Source: an uncultured Bacteroidia bacterium
GTDB lineage: Bacteria; Bacteroidota; Bacteroidia; Palsa-948
NCBI GenBank assembly: GCA_964481195.1
Contig: CAYZTB010000004.1
Location: 24,306-88,305 of the forward strand
DNA length: 64,000 nt
Direction: 5' to 3'
Part shown: piece after piece, positions 39,190 to 48,638 of the stretch
How positions within the stretch are numbered: position 1 is the stretch's first letter
How the letters are laid out: each line of letters opens with the position of its first letter
Made by a program: the position numbers and the translations under genes
Notes under the pieces: generated by a model
Databases searched by the model: none
Told to the model about the DNA's origin: nothing
The model's input: the letters and a program-made list of their open reading frames with translations, nothing else

Positions 39190-41274
39190 TTATTTATTCT
39201 TAGGTGCTGAAACGGGCAATGGAACTGCGTTACGCTGTTGCAATATCACGTCAAGTCCTTTCTTAGCTTCTACATTACTAGGATCCAACTGCAGGCACTT
39301 ACTCCAGCCTCGGTATGCCTCTTTAACATTGCCGACAGAGTAATTGGCTCCTCCGTAGTGATACCAGGTTTGCGCACTTGTGCTGTCGTAATGCAAAGCA
39401 CGACTCATGAATTCAATTGCTTTCGGTATATTTCCTTTTTGTCCTTCTTGTCGAGCTCGTTCTACCAAAGCATTGGCTAGGGCAGGATCATACGATTGAC
39501 GAAAGAATGGATGTGAGGGAAAGTACTTTCTGGCAAGCCCCCAATATTGTTCAGCTTTATCCAAGTCCCTTTTTTGAAAATAGGCAAGCCCTAAATTAAG
39601 ATAGCCATTTACATATTTAGGGTGAAGTGTCACCGCTTTTTCGAGATGATAAATTGCAGAGTCAAGGAGCGCTAATCTGTTTACGGAATCTTTTTGTGCG
39701 TATTCAATAAATGCTTTGCCAGAATTTCCATTTGCTAAAACACTATTGGGCACCACCCAGGCATCGTGCATAAATAAAATATTGTCAGTCTCCCAATCAG
39801 GGTTTCTATCAATGGTTTTATAGCTCATAGGGATAATTAGTGCTAAAATTATTGTAACGTAAAACACTTTCCGTGCATTTTCGGATTTTATGAACTGGTA
39901 TAATAAAAAAAGTATTCCGTATGCTGCAATCATTACAAATCCTAAGGAAGAATGATATACCAACCTTTCGCCCATGGTAGCGCCAATAGGCATAAGCAGG
40001 TTTGAAATCATGAATAAGTGGAATAGGTAAAATGCCAGCGCAAAAGCCATCCAGTTTCTGTTTTTCAAAAATTTGAAAAAGTAGTATACGATAAACGTAT
40101 GTACCATCAACGAGACCCATACTAAAGCATCGCCAAAATTATTGTACGGTATTGTTTTCCAGGAATAATCTGCCGAAAGCGGATGAGGGAAAATAAGAAG
40201 GCGAATATATTTCAATAAAATAAAAATATGTGTTGCCTTTGCTTCAAGGGCAGTGGCAAAAACAAACGGATTGTTAAGCACCTCTGTTATTTCACCTTGC
40301 TTGCCGGCACCTACAAATTTGTAGCGTAACATCATGTAAAATGCTGCAACTGCAAAATAGGGTAACGAAGCCTTAATGCTTTGAGGAATAGAATATTTTT
40401 TGAAAATAAAAAACATCATTGGGATTATAGCCACTAAGGTTATTCCCCATTCTTTTGATAATAATGCTAAAAAATAAAAGGACAAACCAAGATAGAGGTC
40501 TTGAGATTTTTTTGAATCGGTGTATTTAAATACATAGATAAAAGTGAGAATCATGAAAAGTAGGGACAAGATTTCATCTCTGCTTTTTACATTGGCAACA
40601 ACTTCGGTGTGTATGGGGTGTACTAAAAATAAAAGCGTAGCAAAAAATGCCAGATCTTTGTAGTTTACGAATGTGAGATTAGCATATTTGAATATATAAT
40701 CACGTAACAATTGCAAAAGAAATACGGCAGACAAAATATATAGTAACACGTTTACTACGTGCCTTATCATTGCCAGGTCTTCGTGCGACTGGGATATAAG
40801 CCCTTCCAAAGCTGCCTTTTCGGCAATGAGTTTATTGGCAAGGTTGGGGTTGGTTTGCATCAAATATGTTTGCGAAAGCGTATCGCGAATTTCTAACATT
40901 CGAGTGCCGTGACATTCGCCAAACAATTCCTGTTCAATGGCAAAAGTTAAAATGGAAAATGGACGGTAACGACCACCAGATAACTCTCCAGATGAACCCA
41001 TGGACTTAAAAAAGCTATCGTACGAATCGGTTGTCATTATTTTTCCAATCCCACCAAACCCCTCTTGCACGTAATCATTTAAGCGCATTACAATATCATC
41101 GTCCAATGCATATTTATTGTTGAAAGAATTAAAATAAATACCAAAACCAAGGAGCACAATGATTATAGTCTGAAAACGAAAAGACGTAATAGGAGAAATA
41201 GACTCTATTTTGGGAATAGAAACAACAGGCTGTTTCTTTTGTTGCTGCTGTTTAGTTTGTTTTTGCTTGGCCAT
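39190..41274 (-). CDS. TMTC-like GT-C membrane protein with C-terminal TPRs
   Basis: YALDD, GRYRPFS, HPIHTEVVAN, LLSKE, PLSADYS, GERLVY, TPR tail. Confidence 0.85.
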   Translation of the reverse strand: MAKQKQTKQQQQKKQPVVSIPKIESISPITSFRFQTIIIVLLGFGIYFNSFNNKYALDDDIVMRLNDYVQEGFGGIGKIMTTDSYDSFFKSMGSSGELSGGRYRPFSILTFAIEQELFGECHGTRMLEIRDTLSQTYLMQTNPNLANKLIAEKAALEGLISQSHEDLAMIRHVVNVLLYILSAVFLLQLLRDYIFKYANLTFVNYKDLAFFATLLFLVHPIHTEVVANVKSRDEILSLLFMILTFIYVFKYTDSKKSQDLYLGLSFYFLALLSKEWGITLVAIIPMMFFIFKKYSIPQSIKASLPYFAVAAFYMMLRYKFVGAGKQGEITEVLNNPFVFATALEAKATHIFILLKYIRLLIFPHPLSADYSWKTIPYNNFGDALVWVSLMVHTFIVYYFFKFLKNRNWMAFALAFYLFHLFMISNLLMPIGATMGERLVYHSSLGFVMIAAYGILFLLYQFIKSENARKVFYVTIILALIIPMSYKTIDRNPDWETDNILFMHDAWVVPNSVLANGNSGKAFIEYAQKDSVNRLALLDSAIYHLEKAVTLHPKYVNGYLNLGLAYFQKRDLDKAEQYWGLARKYFPSHPFFRQSYDPALANALVERARQEGQKGNIPKAIEFMSRALHYDSTSAQTWYHYGGANYSVGNVKEAYRGWSKCLQLDPSNVEAKKGLDVILQQRNAVPLPVSAPKNK

Positions 41275-41306
41275 GGTAATTGAAGCTTGCTCTTTTTAAT
41301 TTCAAA

Positions 41307-41732
41307 TCATTTTATTAATTTCATTACAAATATCTGATTTGCATTAAAATTATACAACTTGCAAAAATCCACTTTTTTTTCAAGTACGGGCGGATAATGT
41401 TTGGTGGCCTGAAACCCAAATTTTTTGAAGAATTCAGGAATTACACAGGTTACAAATAGCTCGGAGGGCCCAGCATTTATTAATTCCTTGATAAGCAAAG
41501 TGCCTATACCGCTAATTTGTAATTCTGGTACAACACCAACAGTTGCTATTTCGGTACAGTTTTCATACTTACGCAACCTTCCAATACCAACAATTTTACT
41601 TTGCTTTTTAGCTACTATGAATTGATTCCAATTCATTTCTTCTGTATCTAAGTCTAAGCTCTTTCCTAAGTGGGCAATCTCAATGAAGTCATCCTGAATG
41701 CTGCTTTGTATGGTTATGCTCTTTTCCAACAT
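41307..41732 (-). CDS. GNAT N-acetyltransferase (ArgA-like)
   Basis: EIATVGVVPELQISGIGTLL, FFKKFGF. Confidence 0.85.
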   Translation of the reverse strand: MLEKSITIQSSIQDDFIEIAHLGKSLDLDTEEMNWNQFIVAKKQSKIVGIGRLRKYENCTEIATVGVVPELQISGIGTLLIKELINAGPSELFVTCVIPEFFKKFGFQATKHYPPVLEKKVDFCKLYNFNANQIFVMKLIK

Positions 41733-41837
41733 AGTAGCACAAAGTTAAAAAGCTCGAGAATTGTAGTTTTATATAAGACATTTTATTTTTGTAACTTTGT
41801 CAGGATTTATACGTCTTACTATATTAAACCTCCTTAA

Positions 41838-43412
41838 ATGAAGAAAATTTACACTCTTTTACTTTTTACAGCTATTCTTTCACTTTCTGCTTCTGCACAA
41901 TTGGTTTATAAAGATGTAGCAGGCATTTTTTATAGTCGCTGTACCGGCTGCCATCATGTAAATGGTGGAGCTCCTTTTCCAATGATGACCTATAGCCAAA
42001 CCTATCCTTGGGCTTCATCTATTCAAACCGATTTAAATACTGGCAAAATGCCTCCTTGGGCTCCCGATACAACTTATACTAGATTTTTGCATGAACGTAT
42101 TATTACTAGCTCAGAAAAAAATTCCATTTTGAGTTGGGTTAGTACAGGAGCATTAAAAGGAGATACTACACTTGCTCCGCCTCCGCCAACCTATACAAAG
42201 CACAAATTAAAAGGCACACCTGATTTAGTACTGCAGATACCTACATTTGTAAGTAATGGAGTATCGGCAGATGTGTATAATTGTTTTGCGCTACCAACAG
42301 GATTAACGCAAGATCGAATACTTCGTGCTTTTGAAGTTATACCCGGAAATCCAGATATTGTACATCACGTAGTAGTGAAGGTGGACACTACAGGCACTGT
42401 GACAAATAATTTAAATGGGTCTTGCTTTACAGAGCCCGGAGATTTTGATTTGGATGTATATGCTCCAGGAGGATCTCCAACTGTATTTCCCGGTAAAGCA
42501 CCGCTAAAAATGGGAATTAGAATTAAGGCTGGCTCACAAATTATTATGCAAATCCATTACCCAGCTGGAACTGGAGGTCAACTGGATAGTACTCAAATTA
42601 GGCTTTATTTTTATCCCTTGAATGAAACGGGTATTCGGCCGGTATATGTATCAACCCCATTACAAAATTGGGTCATGCCTATGTTTGCTAATACTACACC
42701 CACGTTTACTGCTAAATACCCCTCATCGGGAACAATACCGCTTGCGCGTTCAATATATGGCTCGTTCCCGCATTCTCATTTAGTTTGTAAAAGCATTACG
42801 AATTGGGCGACCAATGGCACAACAACTATTCCTCTGATTAAAATTAATAATTGGGATTTTGCATGGCAAGGATTCTATACATATCCAAACTTGGTAAAAG
42901 TTCCTGCAGGATATACATTAAATTCAAGTCATACTTTTGACAATACTGTAAATAATCCTAATAACCCGAATAATCCTCCAGCATATGTTGGAGCAGGTAC
43001 CGGAACCAAAGATGAAATGTTGTTTGATTCTTTTCAGTGGATGAATTATTTACCCGGAGATGAATTAATTAATATTGGCAATTTACTAGCTAATGATTCC
43101 TTGTTAAGCACAGTTTACAACTACAGCAGTGCTACAAATATTACTTCATATTCTTATCCAAATCCATTTAATGATTTTGTTAAAATAGGTTACGAGCTCG
43201 ATCGACCTGCTGAAACAACTGTTTCGGTTTATTCCATATATGGCAGCGAAGTAAAAACTTTATCGTATCAATATAATGCGGCAGGTACTTACACGATTAA
43301 CTGGGATGGAAGGAACAACTCGGGAGCAGCAGTTTCCTCCGGAATATATTTTTACACCATACGCGCAGGCAATACATCTAGCAGCGGAAAAATAGTTTTT
43401 ATGGCGAAGTAA
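41838..43412 (+). CDS. T9SS-secreted heme-c plus copper type II monooxygenase-like protein
   Basis: Signal peptide; CTGCH; IVHH...QIHY and PHSH...DEM; C-terminal YPNPF...FlgD/CTD domain. Confidence 0.8.
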   Translation: MKKIYTLLLFTAILSLSASAQLVYKDVAGIFYSRCTGCHHVNGGAPFPMMTYSQTYPWASSIQTDLNTGKMPPWAPDTTYTRFLHERIITSSEKNSILSWVSTGALKGDTTLAPPPPTYTKHKLKGTPDLVLQIPTFVSNGVSADVYNCFALPTGLTQDRILRAFEVIPGNPDIVHHVVVKVDTTGTVTNNLNGSCFTEPGDFDLDVYAPGGSPTVFPGKAPLKMGIRIKAGSQIIMQIHYPAGTGGQLDSTQIRLYFYPLNETGIRPVYVSTPLQNWVMPMFANTTPTFTAKYPSSGTIPLARSIYGSFPHSHLVCKSITNWATNGTTTIPLIKINNWDFAWQGFYTYPNLVKVPAGYTLNSSHTFDNTVNNPNNPNNPPAYVGAGTGTKDEMLFDSFQWMNYLPGDELINIGNLLANDSLLSTVYNYSSATNITSYSYPNPFNDFVKIGYELDRPAETTVSVYSIYGSEVKTLSYQYNAAGTYTINWDGRNNSGAAVSSGIYFYTIRAGNTSSSGKIVFMAK

Positions 43413-43430
43413 ACAACACAGCCTAATTTA

Positions 43431-43469
43431 TAAAGCTTGTTCTTGAAAAAGAGCAAGCTTTATTTTTTT
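43431..43469. terminator. Intrinsic terminator
   Basis: TAAAGCTTGTTCTT-GAAA-AAGAGCAAGCTTTA followed by a T-run. Confidence 0.8.
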
Positions 43470-43690
43470 AGAAGGTCTTTAATAACCCAATACATGGCAG
43501 CAAAAACAGAGAGTAAGGAAAGGCAAATTGTAAAAATAGGGAATCGTGTAATTGGATAGTATTCGTCAAGCTTCATTCCTCCCCATACGCCTAAAGCGAT
43601 GGTAGCCCCCATCTGGAAAGCCATAGAAGAGAATTTACCATAATCAGTAAGCCGCTGCTTTTTCTGATTTTGTGGTTTCTCCTTGTCCAT
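43460..43690 (-). CDS. AtpZ/AtpI family small membrane protein
   Basis: MAFQMGATIALGVWGGMKLDEY; two TM helices. Confidence 0.8.
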   Translation of the reverse strand: MDKEKPQNQKKQRLTDYGKFSSMAFQMGATIALGVWGGMKLDEYYPITRFPIFTICLSLLSVFAAMYWVIKDLLKK

Positions 43691-44078
43691 TATTTAATTT
43701 GATGTTTGGTACAGAGCCAGACATAGTACATGATCCGCTGAAATTTGCACCAGGCTCAATAGATAGTTTGCTGGTATTGATATCGCCAGTTAGTTTACTA
43801 GTCCCCTTGAGTGAAAGAAGTTCAGTTATTTTTATTTTACCGCTAATGGTTCCTGATATATCTGCATTTTGGCAAGAAGCTTCGCCATCAATCATCCCGG
43901 TAACTCCAAGCACAAGCTTTCCTTTAGTAAATATGGAGCCATTCAGTGTGCCATCTACGCGAACATCTCCATCCGATTTTATATCTCCTTCAATAACAGT
44001 TCCTGCTCCAATGATATTTATTGAAGGATTTTCAGTTGTTTTTGGGTTTGCCATTGAATTCGATTTAAGATTAAACAT
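43644..44078 (-). CDS. Bactofilin (polymer-forming cytoskeletal protein)
   Basis: NIIGAGTVIEGDIKSDGDVRVDG...KLSIEPGANFSGSC. Confidence 0.92.
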   Translation of the reverse strand: MFNLKSNSMANPKTTENPSINIIGAGTVIEGDIKSDGDVRVDGTLNGSIFTKGKLVLGVTGMIDGEASCQNADISGTISGKIKITELLSLKGTSKLTGDINTSKLSIEPGANFSGSCTMSGSVPNIKLNNGQGETTKSEKAAAY

Positions 44079-44165
44079 AAAAAAGTATAACTGCTTTTAT
44101 CAAAAAGCGAATATATGCAAAAATTAGTAAAATCTAGCAAAAAAGACTAGCCTGGATGGTTAATT

Positions 44166-45092
44166 TTAGTCCAATTCCAAAGTAGACTTCCCTATTGGGG
44201 CATCGTCAAGAACTACGTCTACAATATATTTGCCAGGGAGAAGCTCTTCCGATTCTTTTTTTCTAACGTATAATTCAACGGAAACATCCTCGTTATTATA
44301 TTGCAAAGATTTTTTCATGGCATAATAGCCTTTGGAATTGCCAAATGTAAATAGGTGATCGGCATCTGGCGAGTCGCACCATTCTTTTCCATCAGGCTTC
44401 ACAATTCGAACATATATAGTTCTAGGGCCTTTGGGAGCAATGTTATTTGCTTCAAGCTTAAATTCTATTTTAATTTTATCAGTGCGTTTTGCTTTTTTTG
44501 TATCATCCATTTTATTTTTGGACTTTACATTTACGGCAGTTACAGCCATGCCGCTTGACTTGATAATTGAACCTATTTGATAAAGCTTGTCTTTTTCATT
44601 TTGAAGCGTAGATCTTTTTTGTTTTTCTGTTGTTAGTTCAGTTTTTACAGAATCATTTACAGCAATCAATTTTTTATTAAGCGTATTGAGTGAATCTATT
44701 TCAACCACAAAGTGTCTCATAATATCACGCAACGTTTTAGTTTCTTTTTTAAGGCGAGCCATGATATACGCGTCATCCTTGTGCTTTTCTGCTTCGCGCT
44801 GTAGTTCTTCGATGAGTGCTTTTTTCTCTTCTATCTCAGCTTTCAGAAACTGATCGTTTGTTTCCAGCATGGCATATTCAGTTTGCAAATTCTGAAGGTC
44901 GCGTTTAACAACTTCTGATTCTTGCGTTATCTGAATATTTTCTGTGACTACCGATTGCGTTTCAGTTTTCTGGTTCCAGAAAAGAAATGCCATGACAATA
45001 CAAACGCATGTCATAAACCAGAATAGGTAGACAAATTTGTTGCGTTTTGGTTTTTCTTCTTTTGGGGTAAGGCTGGGCTCTTTTGTTTCCAT
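44166..45092 (-). CDS. Membrane-anchored coiled-coil protein with C-terminal beta-sandwich, hypothetical
   Basis: N-terminal TM, heptad region, LLPGKYIVDV. Confidence 0.7.
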   Translation of the reverse strand: METKEPSLTPKEEKPKRNKFVYLFWFMTCVCIVMAFLFWNQKTETQSVVTENIQITQESEVVKRDLQNLQTEYAMLETNDQFLKAEIEEKKALIEELQREAEKHKDDAYIMARLKKETKTLRDIMRHFVVEIDSLNTLNKKLIAVNDSVKTELTTEKQKRSTLQNEKDKLYQIGSIIKSSGMAVTAVNVKSKNKMDDTKKAKRTDKIKIEFKLEANNIAPKGPRTIYVRIVKPDGKEWCDSPDADHLFTFGNSKGYYAMKKSLQYNNEDVSVELYVRKKESEELLPGKYIVDVVLDDAPIGKSTLELD

Positions 45093-45218
45093 TTTGCTAA
45101 TTTATGGATTGATAGAGTTCTGAGGGTTGTATTACGTAGTAAATATCAACATACATATCAACCCCTGAATAGCTTGCTTTAAGAGAACCCCAGGTTATAT
45201 AGAAGAGGGCAACTACCC

Positions 45219-47366
45219 TTAATGGCCCGCATCGGACCACACTAGCTTGAGTAGAAAGGGGCTATATAAGGAAGTAGAACCGTTTTGTTCAATTCTTAAC
45301 ATGCTATTTTTGATTTCTGTTATTTCTTCCATCTCGCAAGCAATTAAGTATTTTCCAGAAGAATCTATAATTCCCTTTTTCCCATTTAGAATTACAATAG
45401 CAACGCCATTTTTAAAATCAGTGCCTTCTTCAAAAGTTGGAGGTAAAATAGCCTCACCTTTCTTATTTATATAACCGGTTTTACCCTTCACTTTTATGCG
45501 AGCTATACCACCCGAAAAATCCCAAGCATAATCGTAAAGAAAATTTATTTTTAGTTTCTTGTTTACGTCAATATAACCCCACTTACCCTTTTTTGCAGCA
45601 CATAGTTCGCCAGAAAAATTACGTATGTCATCGTATTCAAAGGGAATAACTACCTCGCCTTTTTGATTAAGCAACCCTCGTTTTTTATTTAACTCAACTT
45701 TAGCCAGGCCATTTTTAAAGCCATTGGAGATAGAAATTTCGGGCGTGTAATCGTATTTTATTGGAACTATTATTTCTCCTTTCAAATTAACAAAACCAAA
45801 ATTTTTATCTTTTACAACGGCTGCAAAGCCCTCGTAAAAATTATCTATGTTATCGTATTCGCAGGGCAGAATAATTTTCCCAGCAGTATCTATTAATCCA
45901 AATTTTGCATTTTGTTTTACCCGAACAAGTGGATTTCTAAAACTTTCGGTCCAATCATAAGCAGGCGCTATTACTACTTGTCCTGTTTTATTAAGGAAGC
46001 CAAATTTTTCATCTCGTTGAAAAAAAGCGCGCTCTAAAAAAAAGTCACCTGTTTTTTCAAATTTTCCTTCCATAAGCAGCTCTCCATTTTTATTATAAAA
46101 GCCATATACCCCATTTTTTAATGCGCGAAATACTTTTTCCTTCTCAGTGTTCTCATTATAGCTGATGTCATCGTATTCAAAATCTAAAATTAATTTCCCT
46201 GTTTTTCTAATTAAACCAAACTCCCCATTTTTCTTTACGATGGCAAATCCTTGTTGAAAAGCATTGGCCTCATCAAATCGAGGCGATATCATCATTCTGC
46301 CTGATTTATTGATGTAGCCTGCTTCGTCTTGAGATATAATTACTGCAAAACCTTCTGAAAATTCATCTGCCCAGTCGTAGGTGCAAGGAATTCTGATTTT
46401 CCCAGTAGAATCGATAAACCCCCATTTCCCTTCTTGCTGAATCCTAAAAAATCGAATAGCCGCCAGCTCGTTATCAATTTTAATCCTATCCTTATCCGGA
46501 AAATCTGGATAATCAAAAACAAAATTTGCAAATGCTTCGGGAGTAGATTCAATGGTGGCCAACAAGTATATTTTTTCCCAGGCTTTTTTTACATTGTGAT
46601 TCGTTGGGTATTTTTTAATAAACTCTCTGTACTGTAAAGCATTTTCATTTCTTGTAGAGAAGATAAATATGCTATCCTCTGCCTGCATGCGGTAAGGGCT
46701 CTTAGGGTATTTTTTTACAAAGGTCTCGTAGGTTTCAATTGAATTTTGGTTAGTGAGTGTATTATAAAGCGAAAGCTCATACAGCCATTTAGCGTCTGCA
46801 GCCTCAACAGCACTTGGAAAATTGGTGATAAATTCTTTATATGCTTGTGCGGTATTTATTTTTTTGGCATTTTCAAAGGCTAAGCTGTTTCGCAATTTTG
46901 CAGCTTCCTTTTTTAAAGGAGAACTGCCAAACGTCTTTATAAACCAATCAAAAGAAGATATATCGTTGTTGGTTTTGGCATTTTCAAAAGCACGAGCAAT
47001 AATATTTTCTTCGAGTTCATTTATTGCCAGCAGCGTAATGGAAAGTTTTTTTAACTCTTCGCGTTCTTTTAAGTCAGATGCTTTATAATGGCTAATAGAT
47101 ATCCTTATGTATTTGTATGCCGAATCAATGTTGCTAAATGGATTATCTGTTCTATAATAGATGGTGCTTAAGCCGTAAGCTGCACCAGCTGTATTTTTTT
47201 TCATCGCTTTTTCAAACTGCTCTTTCGCTTCAAAATAATTAAAAGCTTGCAGGGCTTCAAACCCCTTTTTTAATGGGTTGGCAAAGGAGGTCAGCGGCAT
47301 CACGATGGCTAACGCAAAACCTACCAAGATTTTTTTGTAATAAAAAACAGAAAACTTTTTTTTCAT
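45219..47366 (-). CDS. WG-repeat protein with N-terminal helical repeats
   Basis: Many GKWGFID/KFGFLN...F.EG.A repeats. Confidence 0.9.
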   Translation of the reverse strand: MKKKFSVFYYKKILVGFALAIVMPLTSFANPLKKGFEALQAFNYFEAKEQFEKAMKKNTAGAAYGLSTIYYRTDNPFSNIDSAYKYIRISISHYKASDLKEREELKKLSITLLAINELEENIIARAFENAKTNNDISSFDWFIKTFGSSPLKKEAAKLRNSLAFENAKKINTAQAYKEFITNFPSAVEAADAKWLYELSLYNTLTNQNSIETYETFVKKYPKSPYRMQAEDSIFIFSTRNENALQYREFIKKYPTNHNVKKAWEKIYLLATIESTPEAFANFVFDYPDFPDKDRIKIDNELAAIRFFRIQQEGKWGFIDSTGKIRIPCTYDWADEFSEGFAVIISQDEAGYINKSGRMMISPRFDEANAFQQGFAIVKKNGEFGLIRKTGKLILDFEYDDISYNENTEKEKVFRALKNGVYGFYNKNGELLMEGKFEKTGDFFLERAFFQRDEKFGFLNKTGQVVIAPAYDWTESFRNPLVRVKQNAKFGLIDTAGKIILPCEYDNIDNFYEGFAAVVKDKNFGFVNLKGEIIVPIKYDYTPEISISNGFKNGLAKVELNKKRGLLNQKGEVVIPFEYDDIRNFSGELCAAKKGKWGYIDVNKKLKINFLYDYAWDFSGGIARIKVKGKTGYINKKGEAILPPTFEEGTDFKNGVAIVILNGKKGIIDSSGKYLIACEMEEITEIKNSMLRIEQNGSTSLYSPFLLKLVWSDAGH

Positions 47367-47423
47367 TTTACTTGCCTAGTGTTGCGCAAATACTAATATT
47401 TGCACTGCGAAGTTATTAAAAGA

Positions 47424-48107
47424 ATGATTAAGGATTTTTTAACACTCATTTTTCCAAAGGTATGCAACGCCTGCAGAAAAGCACTCTATAAAAGTGAAGA
47501 TTGCATCTGCGCCTACTGTCATTATCACCTACCTAAAACCAATTTTCATTTAAATAAAGAAAACCCTATTAGCAAGACTTTTTGGGGGAGGGCAGCAGTT
47601 GAAGAAGCTACCTCCTTGTATTATTTTAATAAAGGGACTAAAGTGCAACACCTTATTCATCAACTAAAATACAGAGGAAAGAAAGAAATTGGATATTCGC
47701 TGGGCAAACATTATGGCGTTGAATTAAAAAATAGTCGCTCATTTTCAACGATAGATTTAGTGATACCAGTTCCGCTTTTCCCTTCCAAACAGAAAAAAAG
47801 AGGATATAATCAGAGCGAATTATTTGCAAAAGGATTAGCCGAAAGCTTATCTGTTGAAAGTCACAGTGAGGTGCTAATAAGAAAATTAAATTCTCAATCA
47901 CAAACCAAAAAGACGCGCTTTGACAGATGGAAAAATGTAGAATTTGTTTTTGAAGTCACAAAGCCGGAGGTGCTGCACGGAAAGCACATCTTGTTGGTGG
48001 ATGATGTTATTACCACTGGAGCAACGCTGGAAGCCTGCGCTAATAGAATTATAGAGGTGCCTGGCTCAAAAGTGAGCATTGCAACTATTGCAAGTACCTT
48101 GTTTTAA
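47424..48107 (+). CDS. comF: ComF family phosphoribosyltransferase-like protein
   Basis: CNAC..CAYC, RGYNQS, LLVDDVITTGATL. Confidence 0.9.
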   Translation: MIKDFLTLIFPKVCNACRKALYKSEDCICAYCHYHLPKTNFHLNKENPISKTFWGRAAVEEATSLYYFNKGTKVQHLIHQLKYRGKKEIGYSLGKHYGVELKNSRSFSTIDLVIPVPLFPSKQKKRGYNQSELFAKGLAESLSVESHSEVLIRKLNSQSQTKKTRFDRWKNVEFVFEVTKPEVLHGKHILLVDDVITTGATLEACANRIIEVPGSKVSIATIASTLF

Positions 48108-48146
48108 TCGTTACAATTTTCCCATCTTTGCATAATAACAAATGCT

Positions 48147-48629
48147 ATGGCAGAATCATTAATTGTACAAGGAGAAACAAAAGCGGCTAAATACGAATCG
48201 CTATTACCTCAAATTAAAGGATTGGTAGACGGAGAGCCAGATTTAATAGCCAATGTTTCAAACATTGTTGCCGCTTTGAAATATGGCATGAATTTCTTTT
48301 GGGTAGGGTTATATTTTGTAAAAGGCGATCAATTGGTGTTAGGACCTTTTCAGGGCCCCGTAGCTTGTACCCGCATTTCTTTTGGAAAAGGCGTTTGCGG
48401 CTCATCGTGGAAAGAAAGAAAAACAATTCTTGTTGATGATGTAGAAAAATTTCCCGGACATATTTCCTGTAGTTCGGATTCAAAATCAGAGATTGTAATT
48501 CCTTGCTTCCGAGATGGAGAAGTGACAGCGGTATTAGATATAGATAGTGATAAGCTTTCAGATTTTGATGACACAGACAAAAAATACCTAGAGCAAATAG
48601 CCGCCCTTATAAGCCAACTCGCCAATTAA
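48147..48629 (+). CDS. msrC: GAF-domain free methionine-R-sulfoxide reductase-like protein
   Basis: FWVGLY, LGPFQGPVACTRI, GVCG, HISC, SEIVIP, LDIDS. Confidence 0.85.
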   Translation: MAESLIVQGETKAAKYESLLPQIKGLVDGEPDLIANVSNIVAALKYGMNFFWVGLYFVKGDQLVLGPFQGPVACTRISFGKGVCGSSWKERKTILVDDVEKFPGHISCSSDSKSEIVIPCFRDGEVTAVLDIDSDKLSDFDDTDKKYLEQIAALISQLAN

Positions 48630-48638
48630 ATTTATTGA

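Noticed and set aside
43644-43690. 47-bp overlap of the bactofilin and atpZ-like genes as a frameshift
   Set aside because: Both ORFs are complete and belong to unrelated families; this is an ordinary overlap.
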